Positions 1 through 9,995 of a DNA stretch of 54,039 bases are shown one piece after another. Within the stretch, counting starts at the first letter, position 1. The number at the start of each line of letters is the position of its first letter. The notes beneath the pieces are model-generated. The model had not been told where the DNA came from, did not search any database, and was given only the letters and a program-made list of their open reading frames with translations. The stretch is from NCBI GenBank assembly GCA_045545475.1, contig JAZQAZ010000038.1:1-54039 (forward strand). The letters run 5' to 3'. This stretch comes from Clostridia bacterium. GTDB taxonomy: Bacteria; Bacillota; Clostridia; CAKSNL01; HGM11501. The translations under genes were made by a program, and so were the position numbers.

Positions 1-91
1 CAAGGAAAAAAGTTGAAGGAATCCTGACGGATTTAGAGACTTTTTGACACAGTTATGTGCCAAAATCGTGGTTTTTGGGCGATTTATCCCT

Positions 92-121
92 AAAGAGTAT
101 CGCCCTTCGGCGGTGCTTTTT
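92..121 (+). terminator. Intrinsic terminator of an upstream gene
   Basis: Stem AGTATCGCC-cttc-GGCGGTGCT (with G-U pairs) followed by a T-run. Confidence 0.6.
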
Positions 122-204
122 CTAACTATTATCTATATTTAAATGGATTTTTTCTATTGATTTATTATTTTAATTTATGCTAATATGGCTAATGAGGTGA
201 GAAT

Positions 205-1437
205 ATGAAAAAAGTCAGAATAGGTGTAATGGGAGCTTTCCGCGGAGAAAGTATGATTAAATATTCTGCGGAAGCAGATAATGCCGAGATAGTTGCAATA
301 TGCGACAAAATGGAAGGAAGGGCAAAAGGGGTATGCGATAAATATACTGATAAGAATATTGCATCATACGAAAGCTTTGACGAATTTATAAAGCACGATA
401 TGGATGCGGTTGTCCTTGCAAACTATGCAAACGAACACGCTCCTTATGCCATAAAGTGTATGAGGGCAGGAAAGCACGTATTTTCCGAGGTGCTTCCCGT
501 TCAGACAATGAAAGAAGCGGTAGAACTTATTGAAGCTGTTGAAGAAACAGGTATGATTTATGCCTACGGCGAAAACTACTGCTATATGCCTGCACCTTAC
601 GAAATGAGAAGACTCTACAGAAACGGAACTCTCGGAGAATTTGAATACGGCGAGGGTGAATATATACACAACTGTGAGCCTATCTGGGACAAGATAACCT
701 ACGGCGAAAGAGACCATTGGAGAAACAATATGTATGCAAACTTCTATTGCACACATTCAATAGGTCCGCTTATACATATAACAGGATTGAGACCTGTAAG
801 AGTTACAGGGTTTGAAAGTCCCTTTATCGAAAGAAAGGTAAGAAACGGTGCGAAAAGCGGTCTTTATGGTATCGAAATGATAGAGCTTGAAAACGGCGGA
901 ATTGTAAAGAGTATACACGGAGACTTGTATAAAGACTCTATCTGGTACACGGTTTACGGTTCGAAGGGAAGGGTAGAAAGTGCAAGAGAAGATGCAGAAA
1001 ACGGCGATGTTTCAACAATTTATGTAAATGTTGATGCTGAATCCGGTGCATACTCTACTAAAAAGCTTGAAAGCTATAAGCCTGAAACAGTAGCACAGTC
1101 AAATGGCTATGGACACGGAGGTTCGGATTTTTATTCAATGTATCATTTTACGGAGAAAATCCTCGGAAATCCCGAAGCTGATATAATTGGTGTTTATGAG
1201 GCACTTGATATGTTCCTTCCCGGTATGTTTGCATACAGAAGCGTGTTAAATGGTGGTATTCCTGTGGAAATTCCGAATTTAAGAGATAAAGCGGAAAGGG
1301 AAAAATGGCGCAATGATACAACCTGCACAGATGAAGCTGTTGCCGGAGATATGCTTATTCCCGTATTTTCAAAGGGAACTCCCGACATCCCTGATGAAGT
1401 ATATGAAAAAGTAAGAAACAAATGGCTCGGGAAGTAA
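205..1437 (+). CDS. Gfo/Idh/MocA NAD(P)-dependent oxidoreductase, GH109-like
   Basis: N-terminal Rossmann fold (IGVMGAFRG), AGKHVFSE, ENYCY, EGEYIH, YCTHSIGP, GHGGSD; RBS GAGGTG. Confidence 0.85.
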   Translation: MKKVRIGVMGAFRGESMIKYSAEADNAEIVAICDKMEGRAKGVCDKYTDKNIASYESFDEFIKHDMDAVVLANYANEHAPYAIKCMRAGKHVFSEVLPVQTMKEAVELIEAVEETGMIYAYGENYCYMPAPYEMRRLYRNGTLGEFEYGEGEYIHNCEPIWDKITYGERDHWRNNMYANFYCTHSIGPLIHITGLRPVRVTGFESPFIERKVRNGAKSGLYGIEMIELENGGIVKSIHGDLYKDSIWYTVYGSKGRVESAREDAENGDVSTIYVNVDAESGAYSTKKLESYKPETVAQSNGYGHGGSDFYSMYHFTEKILGNPEADIIGVYEALDMFLPGMFAYRSVLNGGIPVEIPNLRDKAEREKWRNDTTCTDEAVAGDMLIPVFSKGTPDIPDEVYEKVRNKWLGK

Positions 1438-1447
1438 GGTGATTTTG

Positions 1448-2122
1448 ATGGATAAATTTTTTACAGAAGCTTTTGAAAAAATGGACGATGAGGCAAGGGA
1501 AAGCTTTTATAAAACGGTGTTCTTAAACGATGACTCGGAATATGCGGCAAAAGTAAGGAACGATTATTACAAAACCAAATTAAAGCATATGGGAGAAAAT
1601 GTTCAGATAGGTAAGGGCGTTAAGTTTGTAAATCCGGAGTATATAAGCCTTGGAGACAATGTAAGAATATGCGACGATGTCACACTAATTGCTCGTGGAG
1701 AGGGCGGCATAACTCTCGGTAACGGCGTGTGGTTAAACGAAAGAGTTTATCTTGATACCGAAAGTGCAGACACAGGCTACATAAAGATAGAAGATAAGGT
1801 GTATATCGGAACGGGAACCACTCTCTTTGGTCATAAGGGGCTTGAAATAGGGGACAATGTTCTCCTTGCCCAGAACATCACATTGACGCCTTATTCCCAT
1901 ATTTTTGACGATCCTGAAAGAAATATAATAACCCAGGGCGGACACTCTGAAAAAGTTACAATCGGAAGAGATTCCTACATTGGTATGGGTGTTGATATAA
2001 TGTACTCGGGCAATATAGGCGAGGGTAGTGTGGTAGGTGCAGGAAGCGTTGTGGTAAAAAGCATACCTCCTTATTCAGTTGCCGTGGGAAATCCTGCAAA
2101 GGTAATTAAAAAGCGAGGTTAA
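1448..2122 (+). CDS. Hexapeptide-repeat (LbH) acyltransferase, maltose/galactoside O-acetyltransferase-like
   Basis: Repeated [IL]G[DE]NV hexapeptides; C-terminal IGEGSVVGAGSVV...VAVGNPAKVIK; start placed at ATG 1448 after RBS AAGGTG. Confidence 0.85.
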   Translation: MDKFFTEAFEKMDDEARESFYKTVFLNDDSEYAAKVRNDYYKTKLKHMGENVQIGKGVKFVNPEYISLGDNVRICDDVTLIARGEGGITLGNGVWLNERVYLDTESADTGYIKIEDKVYIGTGTTLFGHKGLEIGDNVLLAQNITLTPYSHIFDDPERNIITQGGHSEKVTIGRDSYIGMGVDIMYSGNIGEGSVVGAGSVVVKSIPPYSVAVGNPAKVIKKRG

Positions 2123-2196
2123 TAGGGTGTATACTTGTAGATAGAAACCGAGAAAGAGGTTTTATCACAGTGATTGGCATATAGAAAAATAAACTT

Positions 2197-2234
2197 AAAA
2201 AAGGCATTACCGTAATTAGCGGTAATGCCTTTTT
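2197..2234. terminator. Bidirectional intrinsic terminator
   Basis: AAAAAGGCATTACCG-taattag-CGGTAATGCCTTTTT between convergent genes. Confidence 0.85.
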
Positions 2235-2313
2235 AATCAGAAGTTGTTCTTTTAAGCTTGTAAACAAAGCAGATTTCTTTTTTATCTTTATTTAAGCGTT
2301 TTCGTCAAGTTCA

Positions 2314-3525
2314 TCACATCATCTTTTTAAGTCGCTCGTTTACTTCAATTAAAAACTCTTCTGTGCCAACCTTTTTCTTGTCAGGGAGATTTGATAAGAG
2401 ATATAAATCTCCTGTCATAACGCCTTCTTCGATGGTGTCTATTATTGCTTTTTCAAGCTTATCGGCAAAGGCCATAAGTTCGGGGAGATTATCAAGCTCA
2501 CCGCGCTTACGAAGTGCTCCTGTCCATGCAAAGAGTGTTGCAACGCTGTTTGTGGATGTTGCTTCACCCTTTAAGTGCTTGTAGTAGTGTCTCTGAACTG
2601 TGCCGTGTGCCGCTTCATATTCGTAAACGCCGTCAGGAGAAACCAAAACGGATGTCATCATAGCAAGGCTTCCGTAAGCTGTTGCAACCATGTCACTCAT
2701 AACGTCTCCGTCATAGTTTTTGCACGCCCAGATGTAGCCACCCTCGGAGCGGATAACACGAGCTACCGCATCATCTATAAGGGTGTAGAAATATTCAATG
2801 CCTGCTTCTTCGAACTTTTTCTTATATTCTGCTTCATAAATTTCAGCGAAAATGTCCTTGAAACGGTGGTCATACTTTTTGGAGATTGTATCCTTTGTGG
2901 CAAACCACAAATCCTTTTTCGTATCAAGGGCAAAGTTGAAGCAGCTTCTTGCAAAGCTCTTAATTGACTTGTCTGTGTTGTGCATGCCCTGGATAATACC
3001 GTCGGTATCCTTGAAGGAATGAATTTTTTCTCTTGTCTCATTTCCGTCTTTGTCAACGGTAACAAGATAAGCCTCACTTCCTTCCTTTACCTGCATTTCG
3101 GTGTTCTTATATACATCGCCGTAAGCGTGACGGGCGATTGTGATAGGCTTTGCCCAGGTGGGAATGTAAGGGGTGATGCCCTTAACGATTATAGGAGTAC
3201 GGAAAACAGTACCATCTAAAATTGCACGGATTGTGCCGTTGGGTGACTTCCACATTTCCTTTAAGTTGTATTCCGGCATTCTTGCAGCATTGGGTGTGAT
3301 TGTGGCACACTTAACGGCAACGCCATATTTCTTTGTAGCCTCGGCTGAGTCGATTGTAACCTGGTCGTTTGTCTCATTTCTGTAGGGAAGACCGAGGTCA
3401 TAATATTCTGACTTTAAGTCAACGTAGGGGTAAATTAAAATATCCTTTATCATCTGCCAGATGACTCTGGTCATTTCGTCTCCGTCCATTTCGACAAGTG
3501 GTGTTGTCATTTTAATTTTTGTCAT
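2314..3525 (-). CDS. icd: NADP-dependent isocitrate dehydrogenase (eukaryote-like type II)
   Basis: [48 protein letters not shown]. Confidence 0.97.
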   Translation of the reverse strand: MTKIKMTTPLVEMDGDEMTRVIWQMIKDILIYPYVDLKSEYYDLGLPYRNETNDQVTIDSAEATKKYGVAVKCATITPNAARMPEYNLKEMWKSPNGTIRAILDGTVFRTPIIVKGITPYIPTWAKPITIARHAYGDVYKNTEMQVKEGSEAYLVTVDKDGNETREKIHSFKDTDGIIQGMHNTDKSIKSFARSCFNFALDTKKDLWFATKDTISKKYDHRFKDIFAEIYEAEYKKKFEEAGIEYFYTLIDDAVARVIRSEGGYIWACKNYDGDVMSDMVATAYGSLAMMTSVLVSPDGVYEYEAAHGTVQRHYYKHLKGEATSTNSVATLFAWTGALRKRGELDNLPELMAFADKLEKAIIDTIEEGVMTGDLYLLSNLPDKKKVGTEEFLIEVNERLKKMM

Positions 3526-3537
3526 AGTTTTGCCTCC

Positions 3538-5469
3538 TTAAAAGTTTTCTTTTGTATAAGCTAAAAGTCCGCCTGCAAGTATAATTGCCTTTGCACGTTC
3601 GGAAAGTTCCAGTGAAAGGGTATAACTTTCGCCCTTAGTTTTGTTTTCAAGAATTAAGTCCTTGCCTTCCTTAACAGAGGCGATAAGATTTTTAATGGAG
3701 AGGGAATCGCCCTCTGAAATCTTGTCATAGTCTGCTTCGTTTTTGAAGGTGCAGGGAAGAATACCTGCGTTTATGAGGTTTGAGCGGTGGATTCTCGCAA
3801 AGGATTTTGTGATAACCGCCTTAACACCAAGGTGAAGGGGAGCAAGTGCCGCATGTTCACGGCTTGAACCCTGACCGTAGTTTACACCGCCGACGATGAT
3901 GCTTTTACCAAGAGCTTCCGCTCTTTCCGGGAAGGATGGGTCGCAAACGGTAAAGCAGTGCTTGGAAATTGCGGGGATATTTGAACGAAGAGGAAGTATC
4001 TTTGCTCCTGCAGGCATTATGTGGTCTGTTGTGATGTTGTCACCCACCTTGAGGGAGCAAGCACAGTTTATTTCATCCTCCAAAGGACTTGTCTTCGGGA
4101 AGGGCTTTATGTTAGGACCCCTTAAGATTTCAACAGAATCCATATCCTCCACAGATGCGGGAGGCTCAACCATATTGTCGTTAATTAAAAGCTCTTCTGG
4201 AAGATTAAACTTGGGCATATCGCCGAGGGTTCTCGGATCCGTCAAAACGCCTGTGATTGCGGAAAGAGCGGCAACCTCGGGTGATACAAGATAAATCTGA
4301 CCGTCTTTTGTTCCGCTTCTTCCTTCAAAGTTACGGTTGAAGGTACGAAGGGAGATACCGCCGGAGTTGGGGGACTGCCCCATACCGATGCAGGGACCGC
4401 AGGCACTCTCTAAGATTCTTGCACCTGCTGCTATCATATCGGAAAGAGCACCGTTTTCTGCAAGCATTGTTAAAACCTGCTTGGAACCGGGAGCAATTGA
4501 AAGGGAAACATCGGGATGTACGGTCTTACCCTTTAATATGTATGCAACCTTCATCATATCAAGAAGTGATGAGTTTGTGCAGGAACCTATGCAAACCTGG
4601 TCAATTTTCATCTCGCCGATTTCGGAAAGCTTTCTAACGTTATCGGGAGAGTGGGGGCAGGCTGCCGCAGGCTCTATCTCGGAAAGATTGATTTCAACCA
4701 CTTCGTCATAAACTGCATCTACATCGGGAGCAAAGGGAGTCCACACTTCTTCACGCTTCTGTGCCTTTAAGAATTCTCTTGTAACCTCGTCCGAGGGGAA
4801 TATAGATGTTGTAGCACCAAGCTCTGCACCCATGTTGGTGATTGTTGCACGCTCGGGAACAGATAATGTTGCTACGCCACTTCCTGTGTATTCAATAACC
4901 TTTCCTACACCGCCCTTAACGGAGAGAAGGCGAAGTACTTCAAGTATTACGTCCTTTGCCGCACACCAGGGAGAGAGCTTTCCTGTAAGCTTTACGTTTA
5001 CAATTTTGGGATAGGTAATGTAATATGCACCGCCACCCATGGCAACAGCAACGTCGAGTCCGCCTGCACCAATGGCAATCATGCCAAGGCCACCGCCTGT
5101 GGGAGTGTGGGAATCGGAACCAATCAAGGTCTTTCCGGGGATGCCGAAACGCTCTAAATGCACCTGATGGCAAATTCCGTTACCGGGACGTGAGAAATAT
5201 ATGCCGTGCTTCTTGGCTATTGAGCCGATAAAACGATGGTCGTCAGCATTTTCGAAGCCGCTCTGAAGGGTGTTGTGGTCGATATATGCAACGCTTTTTT
5301 CCGTCTTTACTCTGGGAACGCCGATGGCTTCAAACTCAAGATAAGCCATAGTGCCCGTGGCATCCTGAGTAAGAGTCTGATCGATTCTTATTCCGATTTC
5401 GCTGCCTTTTTCAGGTTTGCCTTCAACTATGTGGGCATTTAATATTTTTTCAGTTAATGTAAGTCCCAA
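3538..5469 (-). CDS. acn: Aconitate hydratase (short, about 640 aa type)
   Basis: DQTLTQDATG, GSDSHT, IGSCTN, CGPCIG (Fe-S ligands), TTDHI, YGQGSSREHA; adjacent to icd; TTG start after RBS AAAGGA. Confidence 0.95.
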   Translation of the reverse strand: MGLTLTEKILNAHIVEGKPEKGSEIGIRIDQTLTQDATGTMAYLEFEAIGVPRVKTEKSVAYIDHNTLQSGFENADDHRFIGSIAKKHGIYFSRPGNGICHQVHLERFGIPGKTLIGSDSHTPTGGGLGMIAIGAGGLDVAVAMGGGAYYITYPKIVNVKLTGKLSPWCAAKDVILEVLRLLSVKGGVGKVIEYTGSGVATLSVPERATITNMGAELGATTSIFPSDEVTREFLKAQKREEVWTPFAPDVDAVYDEVVEINLSEIEPAAACPHSPDNVRKLSEIGEMKIDQVCIGSCTNSSLLDMMKVAYILKGKTVHPDVSLSIAPGSKQVLTMLAENGALSDMIAAGARILESACGPCIGMGQSPNSGGISLRTFNRNFEGRSGTKDGQIYLVSPEVAALSAITGVLTDPRTLGDMPKFNLPEELLINDNMVEPPASVEDMDSVEILRGPNIKPFPKTSPLEDEINCACSLKVGDNITTDHIMPAGAKILPLRSNIPAISKHCFTVCDPSFPERAEALGKSIIVGGVNYGQGSSREHAALAPLHLGVKAVITKSFARIHRSNLINAGILPCTFKNEADYDKISEGDSLSIKNLIASVKEGKDLILENKTKGESYTLSLELSERAKAIILAGGLLAYTKENF

Positions 5470-5579
5470 AAAAATCAGTCCTTTCTTTATGTGAAAAACT
5501 TGATGAATATATAAATTTTATCATTTTATTTTATCATAAAAGTCGTTATGTGTCAATCTTTAAGACTTTTTATAAGTAT

Positions 5580-5610
5580 AAAAAAGGATTCTCCATTCGT
5601 GAGAATCCTT
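5580..5610 (-). terminator. Terminator downstream of rnhA
   Basis: AAGGATTCTC-cattcgt-GAGAATCCTT hairpin; the A-run on + gives a U-tail on -. Confidence 0.65.
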
Positions 5611-5625
5611 GGGTATTTTGCACTA

Positions 5626-6093
5626 TTATGAGTTTTCACTATACCCTTCGTCGTTAAAGGTAGGATTTGCAGAGCCCTGACGTGCCAAGTCGTCGCATCG
5701 TTCGTTTTCGGCGTGGCCGTCATGCCCTTTAACCCAATGGAACGTAACCTCGTGTGTATCAAGCAAGGGAAGAAGCCTTTCCCAAAGGTCGATGTTTAAT
5801 ACCTTGGATTTATCCGCCTTTCGCCAGCCTTTGGCCTGCCAGCTTGTAAGCCAGCCTTTTAAAATGGCATCTGTTAAATACTTGGAGTCACTGTAAAGGT
5901 CAACCTTGCAGGGTTCTTTTAAGGCCTCCAGCCCTTTTATTGCCGCAAGTAATTCCATACGGTTGTTGGTGGTAAGGCGATAGCCTTCATAAAGCTCCTT
6001 TACGTGATTTCCATACTTAAGAATAACACCGAAGCCACCGCTTCCGGGGTTGCCGGAACAGGCACCATCTGTATAAAGCTCGATTAATTTCAT
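5626..6093 (-). CDS. rnhA: Ribonuclease HI
   Basis: [37 protein letters not shown]. Confidence 0.97.
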   Translation of the reverse strand: MKLIELYTDGACSGNPGSGGFGVILKYGNHVKELYEGYRLTTNNRMELLAAIKGLEALKEPCKVDLYSDSKYLTDAILKGWLTSWQAKGWRKADKSKVLNIDLWERLLPLLDTHEVTFHWVKGHDGHAENERCDDLARQGSANPTFNDEGYSENS

Positions 6094-6103
6094 AAAATCT
6101 TCC

Positions 6104-6673
6104 TTATCTGAAAACGATTTCGCCGTCTTTGATTTCTTCGATTATGGCGAGGGATTCTAAGCGTATTCCCATATCGCGGATTAATTTTCCGCCTTCCTGA
6201 AAGCCTTTTTCAATGGCGATTCCGATGCCTTCCAAGCTTGCTCCACTCTGCTTTACAATTTCAAGAAGGCCCTTTACAGCCTGTCCGTTTGCAAGGAAGT
6301 CATCCAAGATTAAAACATGATCAGATGCGGATAAATATTCTTTGGATACTCTTATCTGCTTTGATTCCTGCTTTGTATAGGAATAAACGTCTGCAGTATA
6401 GGCATCCTTACATATATTTTTCGGGTTACCTTTTTTAGCAAATACAACGGGAACGCCAAACTGCAAGCCAGCAACAGCGGCAATGGCAATGCCGGATGCC
6501 TCTGCGGTTAAAATCTTTGTTATTTTGTCGGAAGGGAATAATTTCCTGAATTCCTTTCCCATTTCATATAAAAGTGCGGTGTCAAGCTGATGGTTCAAAA
6601 ACATATCAACCTTGACAATTCCTCCGTCAAGAAGTAATGCGGTATCTCTGATTTTTTCCTTTAAAAGCTCCAT
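6104..6673 (-). CDS. xpt: Xanthine phosphoribosyltransferase
   Basis: [23 protein letters not shown]-binding [18 protein letters not shown]. Confidence 0.95.
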   Translation of the reverse strand: MELLKEKIRDTALLLDGGIVKVDMFLNHQLDTALLYEMGKEFRKLFPSDKITKILTAEASGIAIAAVAGLQFGVPVVFAKKGNPKNICKDAYTADVYSYTKQESKQIRVSKEYLSASDHVLILDDFLANGQAVKGLLEIVKQSGASLEGIGIAIEKGFQEGGKLIRDMGIRLESLAIIEEIKDGEIVFR

Positions 6674-6739
6674 ATAACCCCATCCTTTTATGTAATTTAA
6701 TTAATTATAGCAAAAAATGTATAAAAATACAAGCCTATT

Positions 6740-7594
6740 TTAAATATAATCCTTTGGTTTTTTGCCGGTTACCTTGAAAAATGCCTTGTAGAAGTTTGAT
6801 GAGCTCTGAAAACCTGCTTCTTCTGCGGCGGAAAGTACCGACGATGCACCGCTTTTAAGTAAAGAAATCGCCTTTTCCACCCGCTTTATGGTGATATATT
6901 CAAAAGGTGTTACACCGTTGAACTTTTTAAATACGGTAGAAAAATAAGAGGGGGCAAGGTTCGATGTTTTTGCAATGTCCGAGAGCGTAAGATCTGTTGA
7001 CAGATTTTTATTAATGTAGTCCGTGGCGGCAGAAAGACTTTTTAATGTGTCACGGTTTACGGAATCGCTGCTCTCCTTTACATAGCCAAAGTCACGAAGC
7101 AAGGTTAAAAGAACGGAAAATAAAAGCATTTTTATTTTAAGTTCAAAGCCTTCCTTTTTTTCTGAAAACTCCTTTTCAATTTCCAAAATCGAAAGCCTTA
7201 TTTCTTCGGTCTTTTCGTTATCACGGGAGATTCTGTTTTCGAAAAGGTCACTTCGGTCTGTAAAAAGCTTAAGCAAGGGGAGATTTTCATACCCGCTTTC
7301 CCATATAAGCTTTGGCTCAAACTGGATACCTATTACGTCAAGAGGGGCAGAGTCCGATATTTCGGTTATGTAATGCACTTCATTTCCTGCAAAAAGAAAA
7401 ACATCACCAACGGAAAAAGGATAGCTTTTTCCGAGAACGGAATAAATTCCTTCTCCTGATACAAAAAGAGCGATTTCACATTCTGTGTGGGAATGCTCAC
7501 GGAATTCTCTTATGCCCGAGGGTGCCTTTGCGTGATAAAAGGATAAGATGTTTCTGCCTTTAAGGTCAGTTAAGCTGTGCTCTGAAAACCTCAT
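6740..7594 (-). CDS. AraC family transcriptional regulator (cupin + HTH)
   Basis: EHSHTECEI cupin; C-terminal APSYFSTVFKK...AGFQSSSNFYKAF; start placed at ATG 7594 after RBS GGAG. Confidence 0.92.
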   Translation of the reverse strand: MRFSEHSLTDLKGRNILSFYHAKAPSGIREFREHSHTECEIALFVSGEGIYSVLGKSYPFSVGDVFLFAGNEVHYITEISDSAPLDVIGIQFEPKLIWESGYENLPLLKLFTDRSDLFENRISRDNEKTEEIRLSILEIEKEFSEKKEGFELKIKMLLFSVLLTLLRDFGYVKESSDSVNRDTLKSLSAATDYINKNLSTDLTLSDIAKTSNLAPSYFSTVFKKFNGVTPFEYITIKRVEKAISLLKSGASSVLSAAEEAGFQSSSNFYKAFFKVTGKKPKDYI

Positions 7595-7706
7595 AACATG
7601 CTCCAATCTTAAAATAGTGGATAAAACAAGTAATATAACGGTTGAATTTACCGCATTTTTATTTTATAATAATAAAAAAATGATATATTGTCAAGGGGGC
7701 ATTGAA

Positions 7707-9071
7707 GTGAACATAAAAGAAATGGTGGAAGAAAACGTAAATACCTGTTCAAATCCTTCGGAGCTTAAAATAACGGACATCCGCGTTGCTAATATTACAG
7801 GTGCACCCAAACACTGTCCTTTAATAAAGATTTACACAAATCAGGGGCTTGTCGGCTACGGCGAAGTGAGAGATGCATCAAGCGCAACCTATGCACTTAT
7901 GCTTAAGAGCCGCCTTATCGGCGAAAATCCGTGCAATGTGGATAAGCTTTTCAGAAGAATAAAGCAGTTTGGCGGTCCTTCACGTCAGGGCGGTGGTGTA
8001 TCGGGAATTGAAATTGCCCTCTGGGACCTGGCGGGTAAAGCCTGGGGCGTTCCGCTGTGGCAGATGCTTGGCGGAAAGTTCCGCGACAAGGTAAGGGTTT
8101 ACGGCGATACTGACGTTGACGGAAAGCACACCGGCCGAGATATGGGTATGGCGATAAAAAAACGTATCGATATGGGCTTTTCCATTGTTAAGATGGACTT
8201 AGGCGTTGAGCTTTTATATGATGAGCCGGGATGCATAAACGCACCTCTCGGAATGATTGAGGACTTCAAGAAATACTCAATGAAGGCAATCCTTCACCAG
8301 AGCGGCTCTATTGATATGGATATGATGCTTGGCAAAAACTATGAGGTGTTCACGATCCCGCACTATGCAACGGGAATAAGAATTACCGAAAAAGGACTTG
8401 ACTACCTTGAAAATTATGTTAAAGAGGTAAGAGAAGTGGCTGGCTACGAAGTTCCTCTTGCAATTGACCACTTCGGTCACGTGGCACTTGAAGACTGCAT
8501 CAAGTTTGCAAAACGCCTTGAAAAGTATAACATCGCGTGGCTTGAGGATATCCAGCCCTGGCATCTTACAAATCACTATAAGAGAATTGCGGATGCCTGT
8601 AATGTGCCGCTTGCAACGGGCGAAGATATATACCTTGCCGAAAACTTCCGTTCGTTAATGGAAGCGGGTGCAGTATCCTTGGTACATCCCGACCTTCTTT
8701 CAATCGGCGGGGCTTTAGAGACCAAAAAGCTTGGTGATATGTGCGAAAAATACGGCGTTGGTATGGCAATTCATATGGCGGAAAGCCCCATTGCTATGAT
8801 GGCGGCAATCCATGTGGCGGCGGCAATTCAGAACGTATGGGCGGTTGAATTCCACTCCGTTGACATTCCCTGGTGGAACGACCTTGCAATCGGTATTGAA
8901 AATCCCTTATTCCATAACGGGTTTGTAAATGTGCCGGACACTCCGGGTCTCGGAATAGAACGCTTAAATGAAGAGCTTATAAAAGAGCATATGCATCCTA
9001 AATACCCCGAAGCCTGGGGAAGTACTGTAGAGTGGGATAAAGAATGGGCAAACGACAGAGAATGGAGCTGA
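7707..9071 (+). CDS. Mandelate racemase/muconate-lactonizing (enolase superfamily) enzyme, probable sugar-acid dehydratase
   Basis: SGIEIALWDLAGKAWGVPLWQMLGG, KMD, metal ligands in AIDH / WLED / TGED, HPD, AIH; probable GTG start at 7707 after RBS AAGGGGG (the ORF-track start at 7548 overlaps araC). Confidence 0.9.
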   Translation: MNIKEMVEENVNTCSNPSELKITDIRVANITGAPKHCPLIKIYTNQGLVGYGEVRDASSATYALMLKSRLIGENPCNVDKLFRRIKQFGGPSRQGGGVSGIEIALWDLAGKAWGVPLWQMLGGKFRDKVRVYGDTDVDGKHTGRDMGMAIKKRIDMGFSIVKMDLGVELLYDEPGCINAPLGMIEDFKKYSMKAILHQSGSIDMDMMLGKNYEVFTIPHYATGIRITEKGLDYLENYVKEVREVAGYEVPLAIDHFGHVALEDCIKFAKRLEKYNIAWLEDIQPWHLTNHYKRIADACNVPLATGEDIYLAENFRSLMEAGAVSLVHPDLLSIGGALETKKLGDMCEKYGVGMAIHMAESPIAMMAAIHVAAAIQNVWAVEFHSVDIPWWNDLAIGIENPLFHNGFVNVPDTPGLGIERLNEELIKEHMHPKYPEAWGSTVEWDKEWANDREWS

Positions 9072-9075
9072 TAGT

Positions 9076-9984
9076 ATGAATTTTAATGACAGAGAAGAAA
9101 TAATCGCTTTGACACCTTTGTGGAAGGGAGAACGCCTTCCCGACGGAAGGCCGAAGGTTGAAGAAAAATATCTTAAAGCACTTAAAAATCTCACCCTTGA
9201 AGAAGTGTGGAAGCCTATTTTTGTAAAGGGCTATGAAAGCCAGTTTGAAGGAAGGCTCAAAACCCTCCACACCGACGGAAGAAAATTAATCGGCCGTGCG
9301 GTTACGGCAATTTACTGTCCCTACCGTCCCGACCTTGATGAGTACACCAAGGAAATCGGAAAAAGAGAGGGAAGAAGCGGTACATACAATCAGTGGGTAA
9401 TCGACAATTTGATGGAACTGGACGTCCCTGTAATAGATATGTACGATAAAATCTATAAGGGCACATTCCTTGGCGGAAATTTAACCACCGCACTTAAGAA
9501 CAAAACGAAAAACGAAAACGGCGGTGCTGTTATCTGGGGCGGAATCCGTGATACGGAGCAGATGGAAAAGGTGGAAAACACTCAGGTTTACTATAGGGGA
9601 ATCGACCCTACGCCCATCCGTGACTTTATTATGACGGGCTATAACACGGTTACAAGAATCGGAAATGCAGTTTGCCTTCCCGGAGACGTGGTATTCGGTG
9701 CAGGCGGCGGTGTGCTTTTTATCCCATCGCACTTAGTCGCCGAGGTTGTTGGCGGTGCGGCAAAAACGCAGGTTAAGGATATGTTCGGCTTTGAAATGAT
9801 AAGTCAGAATAAATTCACCACTGCACAGATTGATAAAAACACCTGGACAAAGGAAATGCTTGACCTATTGATGGAATTTATAAAGACGGACGACCGTGCG
9901 TCAGCCTACCGTGACCTTGACTGGACAGAGGAATATTACCTTGCCGAGCACGGCGATCCGACGGATACCCAGTCGGCACTTTAA
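9076..9984 (+). CDS. RraA-like / HMG-CHA class II pyruvate aldolase family protein
   Basis: KLIGRAVT, LGGNL, VIWGGIRD, VCLPGDVVFG...GVLFIP. Confidence 0.85.
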   Translation: MNFNDREEIIALTPLWKGERLPDGRPKVEEKYLKALKNLTLEEVWKPIFVKGYESQFEGRLKTLHTDGRKLIGRAVTAIYCPYRPDLDEYTKEIGKREGRSGTYNQWVIDNLMELDVPVIDMYDKIYKGTFLGGNLTTALKNKTKNENGGAVIWGGIRDTEQMEKVENTQVYYRGIDPTPIRDFIMTGYNTVTRIGNAVCLPGDVVFGAGGGVLFIPSHLVAEVVGGAAKTQVKDMFGFEMISQNKFTTAQIDKNTWTKEMLDLLMEFIKTDDRASAYRDLDWTEEYYLAEHGDPTDTQSAL

Positions 9985-9995
9985 GGAGGCGTAGT

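Noticed and set aside
38-53. GACTTTTTGACACAGT resembling an IS/MITE terminal repeat
   Set aside because: The partner end would lie outside the window, so it cannot be supported
2314-5469. Aconitase-icd without citrate synthase as an anomaly
   Set aside because: Common in Clostridia; the Re- or Si-citrate synthase is often encoded elsewhere
7548-7706. N-terminal extension of the enolase-family ORF
   Set aside because: Overlaps araC and the AT-rich promoter region; the RBS supports GTG at 7707
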